A DNA stretch of 64,000 nt from the NCBI RefSeq assembly GCF_009914755.1, contig NC_060941.1. One strand, given 5' to 3'. The notes beneath the pieces were generated by a model, which did not search any database, was not told where the DNA came from, and saw nothing but the letters and a program-made list of their open reading frames with translations. The stretch comes from the human T2T-CHM13v2.0 reference genome, Homo sapiens. The translations under genes and the position numbers were made by a program. Shown piece by piece: positions 63,857-64,000 of the stretch; position 1 is the first letter of the stretch; every line of letters starts with the position of its first letter.

Positions 63857-64000
63857 ATAGGGCTCACTTGAGTTCCTGGTGAACCCTGACTCAGGCTGCC
63901 AGGGACAGCTCAATCCACCTGGTCTTCAAAAGAGGGTGTGTCACTTGCCCAAGGTTTCAGTGTTAGAGCCAAAGAGGCCAAGAGTCCAAGAATGTGGCCT

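Overview
Human (primate) genomic DNA, recognisable as the chr17q21.32 interval downstream of B4GALNT2; Alu-dense and with no prokaryotic features. In order: a decayed, internally deleted HERV-K(HML-3/HERVK9, MER9 LTR) provirus on the minus strand (1-5779); an old L1 interrupted by a full-length THE1 MaLR that itself carries a MER52 LTR and Alus (about 11350-17350); a tRNA-Gln(TTG) gene in a CpG island (21617-21688); a repeat-rich spacer with an LTR8-type solo LTR and ERVL remnants; GNGT2 (minus, 69 aa) head-to-head with ABI3 (plus, 8 coding exons, 366 aa, Ser209 allele); PHOSPHO1 (minus, 267/292 aa isoforms) tail-to-tail with ABI3; and a second LTR8 solo LTR. All three protein CDSs reconstruct with canonical GT-AG sites and the expected lengths. 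I see no evidence for a wholly new biological system. The best leads are regulatory: a probable host 3'UTR reading antisense through the provirus, PHOSPHO1 uORF architecture, ABI3 N-terminal extension/NAGNAG/circRNA potential, convergent CTCF motifs and an orphan Pol II-type promoter beside the tRNA. Repeat boundaries and subfamily names are by eye and approximate.
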